Part shown: piece by piece, positions 30,932 to 40,738 of the stretch
Numbering within the stretch: position 1 is the first letter of the stretch
How the letters are laid out: the number at the start of each line of letters is the position of its first letter
Sequence record: MN642089.1
DNA length: 64,000 bases
Reading direction: 5' to 3' (one strand)
Source of the DNA: Klebsiella phage N1M2
Notes under the pieces: model-generated
Databases searched by the model: none
Told to the model about the DNA's origin: nothing
What the model saw: only the letters and a program-made list of their open reading frames with translations
Made by a program: the position numbers and the translations under genes

Positions 30932-32445
30932 TTACCCAACAAACTGTCCTGATGGCTACTCCGATCGCATTACTTGCAACTGAGAAAGGCATCGATCTTC
31001 ATGATAATGTTAGTGACGTTATCAAAGGTCTGAATGAATGTACCGCCAATATCCGTGGGTTTACTGAGGACAACATCGCTGTTGAACTTCCTGAGTTTAC
31101 CGAAGCTGTAAACGAACACACCATGGTTCTGGAAGAAGCGACTACCATTATTGCAGAACGCATTCGTTCAGCTCTGAACCTGATCTCTAAAACTGTTAAG
31201 CCTATTCTGAAAGATGTTGAAAACAGACTTCGTTCAGAAATCGATCCAGGTAACGTTGCAGATACTATCTTTAGTTATCTCGATGTCGAAATGGTTAACA
31301 TTGAACCAAGCTTCCTGAATAGCCCGTATTACCCTAATGCGATGCCTCAGAACTTTATCGATGTTCCGACCATTCGTCTTAACCAACTTCTGCTGGGTAC
31401 GTATCCATCTCTGTCTTCAGAAGAACTGGTTGACCTGATCGCGGTAAACGTAGACGACCTGACTGGTTTCTGGTCTAACCCAGAAGAAGTAAAACGTATT
31501 TATGAAACCTTCTTTGTTGAAAAGAACTGGTGGGAACTGTTTGATGGTTCTGCTATCTCCAACGGTTCTGCTGATCTGGGTAACTACGAAAACTACGCAT
31601 TTAAAGCTTTCCGTCCTCTGGTTATCGGTAGCCTGCTGCTGAACAGACTGGTTGCAATGGAAGATCCGCTTGATGGCGTTACTGGTGTTAGCCTGGAAGA
31701 TTATCGTACTTCCCTGCTTGTTACCCGTGATCTGTTCAACGCCATGCTTTATAAGTTTAAGCAGGTTTGGGAAACTCGTGCAGCTGCTGGCGTAGTAATC
31801 ATTAACGATGGTGTTCGCGTTGAAACTGCTGACTGGGGTAACCTAGTAGGTAATCAAGTACTGACCGGTAAACTGCTTGTTGGTTATAACAATGCCGTAC
31901 TGGAAATGTTTGCAGATAAAGAAGAGATGTCTCTTACTGAATTTGCTGCTGGTTATGCTTACGCTAAGACTCGTGACTACGCAGTTAAAGATATCATTAC
32001 TGATAAAGAAACTGTAACTGCCGCTTGGCAGGAATATTGCGGTGATATGCGTACTGCTCTGGTAGTTCGTAAAGGTAGTATCGCTAAGCGTATTTTCTGT
32101 CAGGTTCTGGAAGGTCTGTACGCTAAAGAAGAATATAAACCATTCATCGATATTATTGATGAACATATTCATCCGACTCAGCGTATCCTGTCTCGTGTTC
32201 AACAGCATGTTGACCTGGATCTGTTCTTTGCCAATATCCCAATGCTGGATGCCGTTATTCGTGAAGAGAACTCTCTGATGAATACCGTATTGGCAGCTAA
32301 CCTGTCTGATGCTTTCGATTCTCCTATTGCTAGCGAAATCTTGACCATCAACGCATCTATGCCTGCTCACTCTCTGGTACAGCAGCGTAAACACCTGTCT
32401 CGTTCCATTGACCTGGTTATCCTTAACAGACTGATCAAACTGTAA
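30928..32445 (+). CDS. hypothetical protein (505 aa)
   Basis: Long ORF. Confidence 0.7.
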   Translation: MITQQTVLMATPIALLATEKGIDLHDNVSDVIKGLNECTANIRGFTEDNIAVELPEFTEAVNEHTMVLEEATTIIAERIRSALNLISKTVKPILKDVENRLRSEIDPGNVADTIFSYLDVEMVNIEPSFLNSPYYPNAMPQNFIDVPTIRLNQLLLGTYPSLSSEELVDLIAVNVDDLTGFWSNPEEVKRIYETFFVEKNWWELFDGSAISNGSADLGNYENYAFKAFRPLVIGSLLLNRLVAMEDPLDGVTGVSLEDYRTSLLVTRDLFNAMLYKFKQVWETRAAAGVVIINDGVRVETADWGNLVGNQVLTGKLLVGYNNAVLEMFADKEEMSLTEFAAGYAYAKTRDYAVKDIITDKETVTAAWQEYCGDMRTALVVRKGSIAKRIFCQVLEGLYAKEEYKPFIDIIDEHIHPTQRILSRVQQHVDLDLFFANIPMLDAVIREENSLMNTVLAANLSDAFDSPIASEILTINASMPAHSLVQQRKHLSRSIDLVILNRLIKL

Positions 32446-33182
32446 TGGAAATAGAAAAGCTGAAGAAAGATCGTGGGCGGATTGATTCCGCCCTTAAAGT
32501 CATGCCAGATGGAAGCGTGGTTGCTTTAAAGAAACTTACAGTTTGTTTTCCTAAGCGTTTCGAACAAAGCAACTTAGCAGAAATTTCAGATACCGTCACT
32601 TGCATTTTAATGTTGGGTGTTATCGTTGGTGACGCATACGGTTTCCTGGGTGGGATGGTTAAAGTTAATCTCCTCCCAGGAGATATCTATGAAGAAACAA
32701 TTGGAAACGATCGTTACTTCATGCTTGAGTTTGAACCTGGTGATATTGTTATTGAATCGTTGACTGTTCCTATGGACTCCAACATCGGTTACTATTATTA
32801 CCTTGAGTTCACCAAGTATGCTCGTATCCCATGGTATTTTGATGCTGCTGATTTACTTAGTGTTTATGATGAAGCTAAGTTCTATACTGGCAAGTCAATG
32901 GGGACAAGTAACCAAGCCATTCGCGTATTCTACGCTTTGACTCAACGTGATCCTAAAGACTTAGGTATTCCGTTCCGTTACTCGTCAAGTCTCAAAGACC
33001 CAGCAGTGAAACCTCGCATTATCGGTATTAACAACCCAGGGCAGTTGCTCAACTCTACCTTCAGCCGTTTGGCTTCTGGTTATATGTCTGACAACATCAT
33101 CTCTGGTATTCTTAATCCTGATACTAAGGTTACACATCTGGAAGAAGTTATTCGTGGCCTTCCGGCTGCAGGTGGTAATTAA
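32445..33182 (+). CDS. hypothetical protein (245 aa)
   Basis: Start overlaps the upstream stop. Confidence 0.65.
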   Translation: MEIEKLKKDRGRIDSALKVMPDGSVVALKKLTVCFPKRFEQSNLAEISDTVTCILMLGVIVGDAYGFLGGMVKVNLLPGDIYEETIGNDRYFMLEFEPGDIVIESLTVPMDSNIGYYYYLEFTKYARIPWYFDAADLLSVYDEAKFYTGKSMGTSNQAIRVFYALTQRDPKDLGIPFRYSSSLKDPAVKPRIIGINNPGQLLNSTFSRLASGYMSDNIISGILNPDTKVTHLEEVIRGLPAAGGN

Positions 33183-33183
33183 G

Positions 33184-34032
33184 ATGGATGAAATTAGTTT
33201 AGGTAATATCGTTCTTGCTCATTCAGGTAAGAAAGGTATTCTTCGTCCTGACGCTGATGGTCTGTATGAATTAAACGCTGGGGGTTTTAATATCCCCAAC
33301 CATGCTGGTATTACCTATCCAGCTAATGAATACATCATCTCTCAGATCGAAGAGAACAGTGACCTTAACCGTCGTGTTAAAATGGGTTACTGCAAGATGG
33401 AAGTTGAGCACCCTGAACCATTTATTTATGTCATTGAAAATGGTGTGAAGTATCGTGCACCTATGACTGACGTTATTCAGTGGATCAACCGTTTGCGTTC
33501 TTTCGACCCAGATCGTATCTGTGGTTTGATCAGTCAAGTTATTTGGCGTCCTGAAGACAACCGTAACTTATCCAAACCTATTTGGAACCTGATCAAATGT
33601 AAACCATTCGGTCCGCGTGGTCCTGAGTTCCAAGAATCTCTGGAAACTCCTCAGCATAACACGGCTGTTAGTATCCGTACTCAGATCTCCCCATTCCGTC
33701 CTGGTGAACTCCAGAAGAACGTTGAATACTGGACTGGTTATGATTGGGTATCTGAGCCTGGTATGGTTCATGCTAACAAACACATGACTGCTGGTTGTGA
33801 ATCCTTCTTGAATGATTTTGGTATGGTTGACAACATGAAGAAATTCAAAGTTGCCGACGTTATCGAAAAACTTGATCATGCTCTTGCTACAGCAACATCT
33901 GGTGAAGAACTGGATCGTGTTGGTGGTATGGAAGCACTTGGTCAATATCGTGACATGCTGTCAGCGATCAAGAAGAACTACCGTGCTGGTGAAACCACCA
34001 CTATGGGCGTTAGCTTTACTGATATCTTCTAA
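33184..34032 (+). CDS. hypothetical protein
   Basis: ORF-track 33154..34032; the ATG at 33184 directly after the upstream stop is preferred. Confidence 0.6.
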   Translation: MDEISLGNIVLAHSGKKGILRPDADGLYELNAGGFNIPNHAGITYPANEYIISQIEENSDLNRRVKMGYCKMEVEHPEPFIYVIENGVKYRAPMTDVIQWINRLRSFDPDRICGLISQVIWRPEDNRNLSKPIWNLIKCKPFGPRGPEFQESLETPQHNTAVSIRTQISPFRPGELQKNVEYWTGYDWVSEPGMVHANKHMTAGCESFLNDFGMVDNMKKFKVADVIEKLDHALATATSGEELDRVGGMEALGQYRDMLSAIKKNYRAGETTTMGVSFTDIF

Positions 34033-34135
34033 TTAGATAAGTAGGGGTCCTTCGGGATCTCTACTTATTTTGTTATGCGTGTTTGTATTATACGTTACGT
34101 ACTGAAAATAATTTAATCTGAAAAGGAAATAATAA

Positions 34136-34735
34136 ATGTCAGAAGCTAAACCATTTAACCTGAATACCCTTCGTGTTGCTACTCAGGTTCGTGAACTCGT
34201 CCTCCAGGGCGTTACCCTGAAGAACACTCTGAAAGATATGCATGAAGTTTGGATGAGTTTGTACAGTGAAGATAAGAAATGTCTTATCGTTGAAATGCAA
34301 GCAACTAAAGTACGTGCTCAGCTGATTAACCTGTATGCCATCAAACTGATCAAATATGTTAACAGTATTGTTGGTCTGGATTTGGTTCCGCTGTCTCAAC
34401 AAGTTAATCCAGCTTCTGCTGATATGCAGAATCGTGACCCAGCTACTTTCTCATGGAAGATGGATAGCATCCTGCTGAACATCTGTTCTAACAAAATCGA
34501 CAACCACGAACATCTGTTCAAACTGTTGATGATCAATCTGTTTGGTGTATCTGAACAGGTAATCGAATTCTCCCTGAATCCTACTTGGGATTCACTGCGC
34601 GATATCGTTATCAAAACCTACGATATTGATCTGGGTGATACTGAAGGAGTAGCCGGTGTTCCAGAACTGGAACTGGTTGAAGGTGCGTTGCATAACTACC
34701 TGAGTAACCCAGAACAAGGTTACAAAGCTTACTAA
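34136..34735 (+). CDS. hypothetical protein (199 aa)
   Basis: RBS aaaggaaa; followed by hairpin GCTGAGGAGG-GTAAAA-CCTCTTCAGC. Confidence 0.65.
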   Translation: MSEAKPFNLNTLRVATQVRELVLQGVTLKNTLKDMHEVWMSLYSEDKKCLIVEMQATKVRAQLINLYAIKLIKYVNSIVGLDLVPLSQQVNPASADMQNRDPATFSWKMDSILLNICSNKIDNHEHLFKLLMINLFGVSEQVIEFSLNPTWDSLRDIVIKTYDIDLGDTEGVAGVPELELVEGALHNYLSNPEQGYKAY

Positions 34736-34842
34736 TAAATACGCTGAGGAGGGTAAAACCTCTTCAGCTATTTAATTTCAAGCAGATATTATTAACGTGT
34801 TGCAGTATGTGTAATTTATCTTAACCTATCTGGAGAACTACC

Positions 34843-35229
34843 ATGTCTGAAGTTAAAGAAATCAAAACCCTGGAAGAACTGATCGATATCGTTACCCCTC
34901 GCTCTATCTTTGTCGCTATCGAAATGGAAAAGCATCCAATCGGTGATGAAGAGAATGCAGAAGGTAAAGCAGATCACGCTGCACGCGCTATGTCAATCGT
35001 TGAACGTATTCGTAGTGCAATCGATAAGGGTGACATTATCAATGGCGCTGTGATCCGTTTAGAAGCCGATGAGGGCAATGCTGAAATTGTTCCTCGTTAT
35101 GCTTTCACCGATCCTAAACAAAGCTGGACCAAAGCTATCACTTCTGATATTGCTTTCATCTATCGTCTTGATGGCAAGATTGAATTGGTACGCGGTGGTG
35201 ATGTTAAACCTTACACCTTACTGGACTAA
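34843..35229 (+). CDS. hypothetical protein, paralog A of 36020-36436
   Basis: Shares LE-LI-V-P and P-YAF-DPK-W-K...D-A-I-RLD-KIE-V pattern with the 138-aa protein 1.2 kb downstream. Confidence 0.65.
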   Translation: MSEVKEIKTLEELIDIVTPRSIFVAIEMEKHPIGDEENAEGKADHAARAMSIVERIRSAIDKGDIINGAVIRLEADEGNAEIVPRYAFTDPKQSWTKAITSDIAFIYRLDGKIELVRGGDVKPYTLLD

Positions 35230-35235
35230 TTAGTG

Positions 35236-35769
35236 ATGATCGGTAACTTGATTAAAGGCATCGCCAAAACTAAACAGGGTCTCTCTGAAGAGGTTAAAAT
35301 GCAAATCCAAGAATTGCTTAATGGTAAAAAGCAAGTTTACATTGAAGATCTGTGTAAACTGGTTAAACCTAAAACTATCTTCATCATGATGGCTGACTAT
35401 CGTAAAGCGACTATCAGTGAAGAAGTTAAAGCAGAACTGCGAGCACGCATTGATAAGTTCATCAAACACTATCATGAAACTGTTGATAGTGAAACTGTAT
35501 TTGAACATTCATATGCGGTCAGAAGTTCTGAGCCGGCTGCCGCATTCTGCGGTGACGTCAAATTAATTCCTGAAGATGGAGTTGATGCTAAGTCGGTAGG
35601 TCGTCGCATGTTCCTGTGCGATATGTCTCTGGCTTTTTATCTGGATGAAACTATCTCATTAATTCGTTCTCGTGATCTTCCAACTGGCTATCGTGTCCAA
35701 TGGCATCATGGCCTGACTGAAGAACAGTTAGCGGCACAACAACAAACTGAAGAAAAGGAAGTAGAGTGA
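35236..35769 (+). CDS. hypothetical protein (177 aa)
   Basis: ORF-track GTG at 35233; adjacent ATG at 35236. Confidence 0.6.
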   Translation: MIGNLIKGIAKTKQGLSEEVKMQIQELLNGKKQVYIEDLCKLVKPKTIFIMMADYRKATISEEVKAELRARIDKFIKHYHETVDSETVFEHSYAVRSSEPAAAFCGDVKLIPEDGVDAKSVGRRMFLCDMSLAFYLDETISLIRSRDLPTGYRVQWHHGLTEEQLAAQQQTEEKEVE

Positions 35770-36023
35770 AAAAGTTATTGATTGGATTATTGGCTGTGGT
35801 TAGTTTAAATGCGGTTGCTGGCGATAATCTCATGAAGCCAAGCAATAAAAGTGATTACGTCACCGAAGGCCGCTTTGTAAAGACTCTGATGTCCAACCCT
35901 GCTGACTTTGTTATTACTGATACCAAAACTGGTTGTCAGTACTTACTCTCTTACGGGAGTGGGATAGCACAAACTCTACTAGGTTGTTTTGAAGAATACA
36001 AAGAGGATACCAAAAAGAAATGA
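35766..36023 (+). CDS. small secreted protein (85 aa) with N-terminal signal peptide
   Basis: GTG start with RBS aaggaag; MKKLLIGLLAVVSLNAVAG signal-like N-terminus. Confidence 0.5.
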   Translation: MKKLLIGLLAVVSLNAVAGDNLMKPSNKSDYVTEGRFVKTLMSNPADFVITDTKTGCQYLLSYGSGIAQTLLGCFEEYKEDTKKK

Positions 36024-36436
36024 CCAATACCAATCCCATTACAAGATTAGAAAAACTGATTGAAGTTGTTAAGCCTGAAACAGTTTCTGTTATGTTGGAA
36101 GTTAAAGAAGGTCATACTTTTGACGATTCCCTCGCTAATGGCTTAAACACTGATAAGTTGGATAAACTTCTTTGGGAGATTGAATCCCATCAGGATATGG
36201 TATCCAATATTCCTGAAATGGAGACTTACTTAGTTTATAAGTTAGGGGTTCCTTCTGAGGGTAAAGTTCCTTCTCCAGCATATGCGTTTTTGGATCCTAA
36301 ATTTAATTGGGATAAAATAAGAAAAACTGACCTCGCCATCATCTTCCGTTTGGATTGGAAAATTGAAGTGGTCCACACTAAAGAAGGTTGCGGAGTCACA
36401 GTACCAAGTACTCTGGATTGGGTACATTCGGTTTAA
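36020..36436 (+). CDS. hypothetical protein, paralog B of 34843-35229
   Basis: See paralog A; ATGA overlap with upstream gene. Confidence 0.65.
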   Translation: MTNTNPITRLEKLIEVVKPETVSVMLEVKEGHTFDDSLANGLNTDKLDKLLWEIESHQDMVSNIPEMETYLVYKLGVPSEGKVPSPAYAFLDPKFNWDKIRKTDLAIIFRLDWKIEVVHTKEGCGVTVPSTLDWVHSV

Positions 36437-36545
36437 TTATAATTTTAGTGTAGCCAAAATGCTTCAGGTATATATTATTACCGTGAAGCAGAAATGCTGG
36501 GAAGACGAACACGTACTTCTCTCTTATACATTTTAGGAGTTTAGA

Positions 36546-36998
36546 ATGGATCAAGTTAAATTAAGTGAACTGTCGTTATCTCGTTTTGGATTTCTTCTGG
36601 TTGATCCTGAGACTGGGGAAACTGTTAGTGATGAAGAACAGTTGAAGTTTATTGAAAGTTTCCGTAAGGCTCCATCAACTCCAACTACTCTGAATGTTAC
36701 TAAGTTATCTGATATCTTAAAGTTAGCAGATTGCAAGAAAGTTTTAATCCAGGTATCTCAGGGTCCTCGGTACAAAGAAGAAATTGCTGATCGCACCGTT
36801 CATTTAATTTCTCAACTTTTTAAACTTTCTCCTGACTCCGATATTTCTATAGTTAAGTTTGATGCCACTGGAAATGGCAATATGGCTGATTACTTAACTC
36901 ACACATTAGTGTTCACCGTATTTCCTGGAAATGTGAACGTTGATAAAACTCGTGGAATGCATGGCACTGAAGGTTCCACTCTGTTAGTAACTGAATAA
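36546..36998 (+). CDS. hypothetical protein (150 aa)
   Basis: Preceded by TATATTAT box (36471-36478) and conserved RBS context ttaggagtttagaATG. Confidence 0.65.
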   Translation: MDQVKLSELSLSRFGFLLVDPETGETVSDEEQLKFIESFRKAPSTPTTLNVTKLSDILKLADCKKVLIQVSQGPRYKEEIADRTVHLISQLFKLSPDSDISIVKFDATGNGNMADYLTHTLVFTVFPGNVNVDKTRGMHGTEGSTLLVTE

Positions 36999-37037
36999 AC
37001 TTAAACCACTCACCAAAGTAAATAGGAATTTAATATC

Positions 37038-37475
37038 ATGGCTAAGAACAAACCTTTCGGTAAAGTAATTGAAGCACAAGTAGCTGACCTGGTTAAAGGT
37101 GCAGAAATTCATAAAGAAACTCACCACATCAAGTTCGGTGAAACTGCTCTGCCTGAAGGTGTGACCACTGAGAGTCTGCAGACTCACGTTGACTTCATCA
37201 ACCGCACTGGTCTGGCTGTTGAAGCAGCTACTTTCCAGATCGCTCAAGAACAGTTCCCTGAAACTAAGCAGGAAGCTTGGGATGGTCGTCTGGAAATGTT
37301 CCCAGGTCTGACTTTCAACTCTGATGTCCGCCTGCGCGAAGTTGTCGGTGAAGAAACTCTGTATGGTACAACTCAGACCTTTATCGATCATCCGCATTCT
37401 CAGGAAATGGTTGATTGGTATTCCAGCTTCCGGGATCGTAACGTAGAACTGGCAACTAATCTGTTTAAAGATTAA
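37038..37475 (+). CDS. hypothetical protein (145 aa)
   Basis: ORF followed by perfect hairpin terminator. Confidence 0.65.
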   Translation: MAKNKPFGKVIEAQVADLVKGAEIHKETHHIKFGETALPEGVTTESLQTHVDFINRTGLAVEAATFQIAQEQFPETKQEAWDGRLEMFPGLTFNSDVRLREVVGEETLYGTTQTFIDHPHSQEMVDWYSSFRDRNVELATNLFKD

Positions 37476-37487
37476 TAAGCCCTTGTT

Positions 37488-37515
37488 CCTCTCCTGGGTT
37501 AATTCCCAGGAGAGG
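37488..37515 (+). terminator. CCTCTCCTGGG-TTAATT-CCCAGGAGAGG hairpin
   Basis: 11-bp perfect stem after the stop at 37475. Confidence 0.7.
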
Positions 37516-37539
37516 TTCACTATATAAGGTTTTATTTTT

Positions 37540-37941
37540 ATGTTGGCGATTACTGTTCCTATGGAGTTCTATTCTCAATTGTCATTAATGCAAATAACTG
37601 CAATGGACAAAATGAGAAATAAAGAAAGTCCCAGTATGCACTTTAAACGTAGTCGAGCTGAACTTAAAGGTTTGGGAATGTACATTAATCGTAACCCAAA
37701 CGCAATACCAATAGAGTTCGCTTACTTTAAGGTAAATGTGCTAAGTAATAATAAAAACGGCTTAGCGTTCGTCCTATCAACTAAATGGGGTGGTAATGAA
37801 CTACTTATTAACCAGGATAATAAACATCTGGTAACTAAGTGGTTTACTGCCGCATATAAACCAACTAACATGACTGAGTGGAGAAGGTATTATGGTAACA
37901 ATTGGCGACAGCCCATTCGACCTGTACATCGAGTTCTCTAA
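37540..37941 (+). CDS. hypothetical protein (133 aa)
   Basis: ORF. Confidence 0.55.
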   Translation: MLAITVPMEFYSQLSLMQITAMDKMRNKESPSMHFKRSRAELKGLGMYINRNPNAIPIEFAYFKVNVLSNNKNGLAFVLSTKWGGNELLINQDNKHLVTKWFTAAYKPTNMTEWRRYYGNNWRQPIRPVHRVL

Positions 37942-38302
37942 GTTCAGGGTCAACACCTTTAACTCGATAAAATCAAAACGTAAAGCTGAATTGGTATTTA
38001 AAGATATCGATAAGACATTAACTCGAATTGCTAATTCGATTCATAAGGGTTATACCTTAGCAAACCGTTTTAGTCCTTTCGATCATCAAGAGTATCGTCC
38101 TTACCCTTACTTTGAAATTACATGGTCTGAGATCGACAATCCTCGTAATATGACTGTAACAATTACTCGTGGCGTATTCAGCATTACAATCACTCAAGAC
38201 TCTTGGAGCAAGTTCCATGTTTGGGCAACCAAATGGAAAGCTATTAAACCAGTGACTCTTGAAGAGTGTGATGACATTAACTTCTATACTCGATGGTGGT
38301 AA
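37892..38302 (+). CDS. hypothetical protein (136 aa), overlaps upstream gene by 50 nt
   Basis: RBS GGAGAAGG 5 nt before the ATG at 37892. Confidence 0.55.
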   Translation: MVTIGDSPFDLYIEFSKFRVNTFNSIKSKRKAELVFKDIDKTLTRIANSIHKGYTLANRFSPFDHQEYRPYPYFEITWSEIDNPRNMTVTITRGVFSITITQDSWSKFHVWATKWKAIKPVTLEECDDINFYTRWW

Positions 38303-38751
38303 GTGTGGATCATAAAGAACAGTTGTTCGAAAACTGGAGTGCTTTGAGGAATCGTATTCTTCAAGCTCATCCATGTAGAAGAAGTAAAGTAGATGTATTG
38401 GTCTCTTTAGATAAAGAGTTCATACGTTTAGCTCGCGGGTTACTCAAATTGCAAGTATCCAAAGGTAGTTACAAAATCATCCAGGTTGATACAACGTTTA
38501 TCACCAAGGATCATGTAACGCTTAAGTCTCGTGATGGGTTTACCATTAACATTTATGAACGAGATTATGAGCTGTTCCAGGAATGGGCTCATCTACCTGA
38601 CGATCAAAGGACTATAACAATCCACGTGTTCAAGCATGGGTATCGTCTCAAAGAGAAAGCACCTGATGTCAAGAAACCACCAAAACAAGCTCACGAGATA
38701 GCTGAAGAAGTAGATAAACTATTGAATGGGGATAATGCCGGAGATATGTAA
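38293..38751 (+). CDS. hypothetical protein (152 aa)
   Basis: ORF; start overlaps the upstream stop. Confidence 0.55.
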   Translation: MVVSVDHKEQLFENWSALRNRILQAHPCRRSKVDVLVSLDKEFIRLARGLLKLQVSKGSYKIIQVDTTFITKDHVTLKSRDGFTINIYERDYELFQEWAHLPDDQRTITIHVFKHGYRLKEKAPDVKKPPKQAHEIAEEVDKLLNGDNAGDM

Positions 38752-39353
38752 TGGCATGGTTAAAACGTAGTTATAAAAGAGATTGGCTTCAACGTTCTCC
38801 AATGTTGAATACAATTAGTTATCGTCATGAACTTAGTAATATAACTACATGGGAAGTTAAGCCTGAATCCATCGAGAAGGATCCGAATAAAAGAACTTGG
38901 GCTGATGATTATTATCCAAGGGAAGTTATTCATACTACCTTTGAACTTATATTCTCTATAGGTTCTGAGATCGTTAAGATTCACGCCTCTGACTTTATAG
39001 GAGCCAGTGACTCATTAAAGGACTATACAAGAAAGTTAGAGTTATTAAGAAACATCGTACAACGCTTTATGAATGAATACAGGCCATTCCACGATATGGA
39101 TAAGGCATTCATCATCAAAGAGTTTTTAAACCCAGGAGAAGGCCCTACAGCGATCTATACGAGCACTGTTGCTATCAGTACATCAACCACACATGGTTTC
39201 TTCTTTGAAATAGCTTCTTGCGATGATAAAGCCAGACTCTATGTCGAAAAAGAAAAAGACTTCTTAGAGTTGTTAATCAAGCTCACTAAGTTTTTAACTG
39301 CCGCGATTACTGATGCCAAGACTACTATGGATACCTATAAGGGTCGTCTCTGA
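38751..39353 (+). CDS. hypothetical protein (200 aa)
   Basis: ATGG overlap coupling (taATGg). Confidence 0.6.
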   Translation: MAWLKRSYKRDWLQRSPMLNTISYRHELSNITTWEVKPESIEKDPNKRTWADDYYPREVIHTTFELIFSIGSEIVKIHASDFIGASDSLKDYTRKLELLRNIVQRFMNEYRPFHDMDKAFIIKEFLNPGEGPTAIYTSTVAISTSTTHGFFFEIASCDDKARLYVEKEKDFLELLIKLTKFLTAAITDAKTTMDTYKGRL

Positions 39354-39427
39354 TTTAGTTACATTCATAGTCAGGTCTATATTATCTAAGTGTATAGACC
39401 TACAACAATTTAATTAGGAGTTTAGAA

Positions 39428-39967
39428 ATGAAAGTTCTTAAAGTTATTCTGACCGTTGTTATCGCTCTAACTATTATTCTCTACACTACTGTTGCAGATG
39501 CAGCAGGGTGGGAAGTAGACAAGCAAGAAGGTACCCATTTACTCTCTATCCGAAATGTTGGGGATCAAGGCGGGTTTCTTAAACTAAGCTGTAATGTAGA
39601 AACCAAGAAGCTGTCATTACAGTACATGTTTGATCGTAAAGTTTATGACTTCTTTATTATTCGTAAATTCGGCGACATTGATGGCAATAGTGTTAATGGT
39701 AAAATTGCAGTAGGTATGGGTACAACTACCCAAGCTCAAGTATTCCACGATCTAGTAATCAACCGTGGAGCTATTGCAGTGATCCGTATGCCTGTCGGTA
39801 CCAAAGCTATTTGGGATAAAGCCATTGCTGATAATAACCCCATCCCTCCTGCTATCGAGCAAGAAGGTGAAGAGTTCTTCCTGATGGGTAATGACATTTC
39901 CAAATTGATGAACAAACTGGGTTCATCTTGCCCATTCAATGCTGAAGATAAAGAACCTATCTTTTAA
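39428..39967 (+). CDS. secreted protein (179 aa) with signal peptide
   Basis: MKVLKVILTVVIALTIILYTTVADA signal-like; TATATTAT box at 39378-39385; RBS ttaggagtttagaaATG. Confidence 0.65.
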   Translation: MKVLKVILTVVIALTIILYTTVADAAGWEVDKQEGTHLLSIRNVGDQGGFLKLSCNVETKKLSLQYMFDRKVYDFFIIRKFGDIDGNSVNGKIAVGMGTTTQAQVFHDLVINRGAIAVIRMPVGTKAIWDKAIADNNPIPPAIEQEGEEFFLMGNDISKLMNKLGSSCPFNAEDKEPIF

Positions 39968-40063
39968 GTTGAATACAAATTCAGAAATATATAATCTAAT
40001 TGATTTTAAGCCTTGCGGCCTTTGGGTTTCTGAAGGCCCTTAATAACATATAGAGAGAGCACT

Positions 40064-40705
40064 ATGAAAAAGATTAACATGCTGGTTGCACTGATTCTGA
40101 TTGTCCTGTTCGCTGGCTTTGTTTACAGCGGTAAGTCAGCAGCAGCTGCTTATGATATCAAAGAAGATATCGAGGTTAAATCAATAGTAGCTCAGTCTGC
40201 TGTTGTTAAAGCCGAGAAAGTAATGAATGGAGTCGTGGATGGTATCTTCACAATGAAGTTCGGTAAGACCACTCAGAAGTTCATCATGCAATGCGATAAG
40301 AATCAGGAAACGGTCACCATGTATTATTACATGAAAGACATTACTGGTTATAAAGCTAAAGGCGCAACTGGTTTCAAAATCACTGCTTATAACAATGCCG
40401 AAGGTGGTTACACTCCAGGTGACGAATCCGTTGTTTATGACAGCGCCGATTCCAATGATAACCTGCAAGCAGCAATCACCAAACTGAACATCCTGGTTGA
40501 ACACAATGTAGGTATTATTGCATTTGAGTTCTACGAAGATGTTTCTGGTATTGGTAAATCACCAGTAGCTTACAGCATGATGTTCTCTCCTAAGGTGGCA
40601 GTAACGATCTTAGGTAAAATGAACGCTATCGAAAATGGTATTTGTAATATCGATGCTGGATTCAGTACTGTAACTCCGCTGGCTCGTTTAACAGATTCCC
40701 TGTAA
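40064..40705 (+). CDS. secreted protein (213 aa) with signal peptide
   Basis: MKKINMLVALILIVLFAGFVYSGKSAAAA signal-like N-terminus. Confidence 0.65.
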   Translation: MKKINMLVALILIVLFAGFVYSGKSAAAAYDIKEDIEVKSIVAQSAVVKAEKVMNGVVDGIFTMKFGKTTQKFIMQCDKNQETVTMYYYMKDITGYKAKGATGFKITAYNNAEGGYTPGDESVVYDSADSNDNLQAAITKLNILVEHNVGIIAFEFYEDVSGIGKSPVAYSMMFSPKVAVTILGKMNAIENGICNIDAGFSTVTPLARLTDSL

Positions 40706-40738
40706 ATTAAATTAATTCAATCAAACTTTTAGAGAGAA

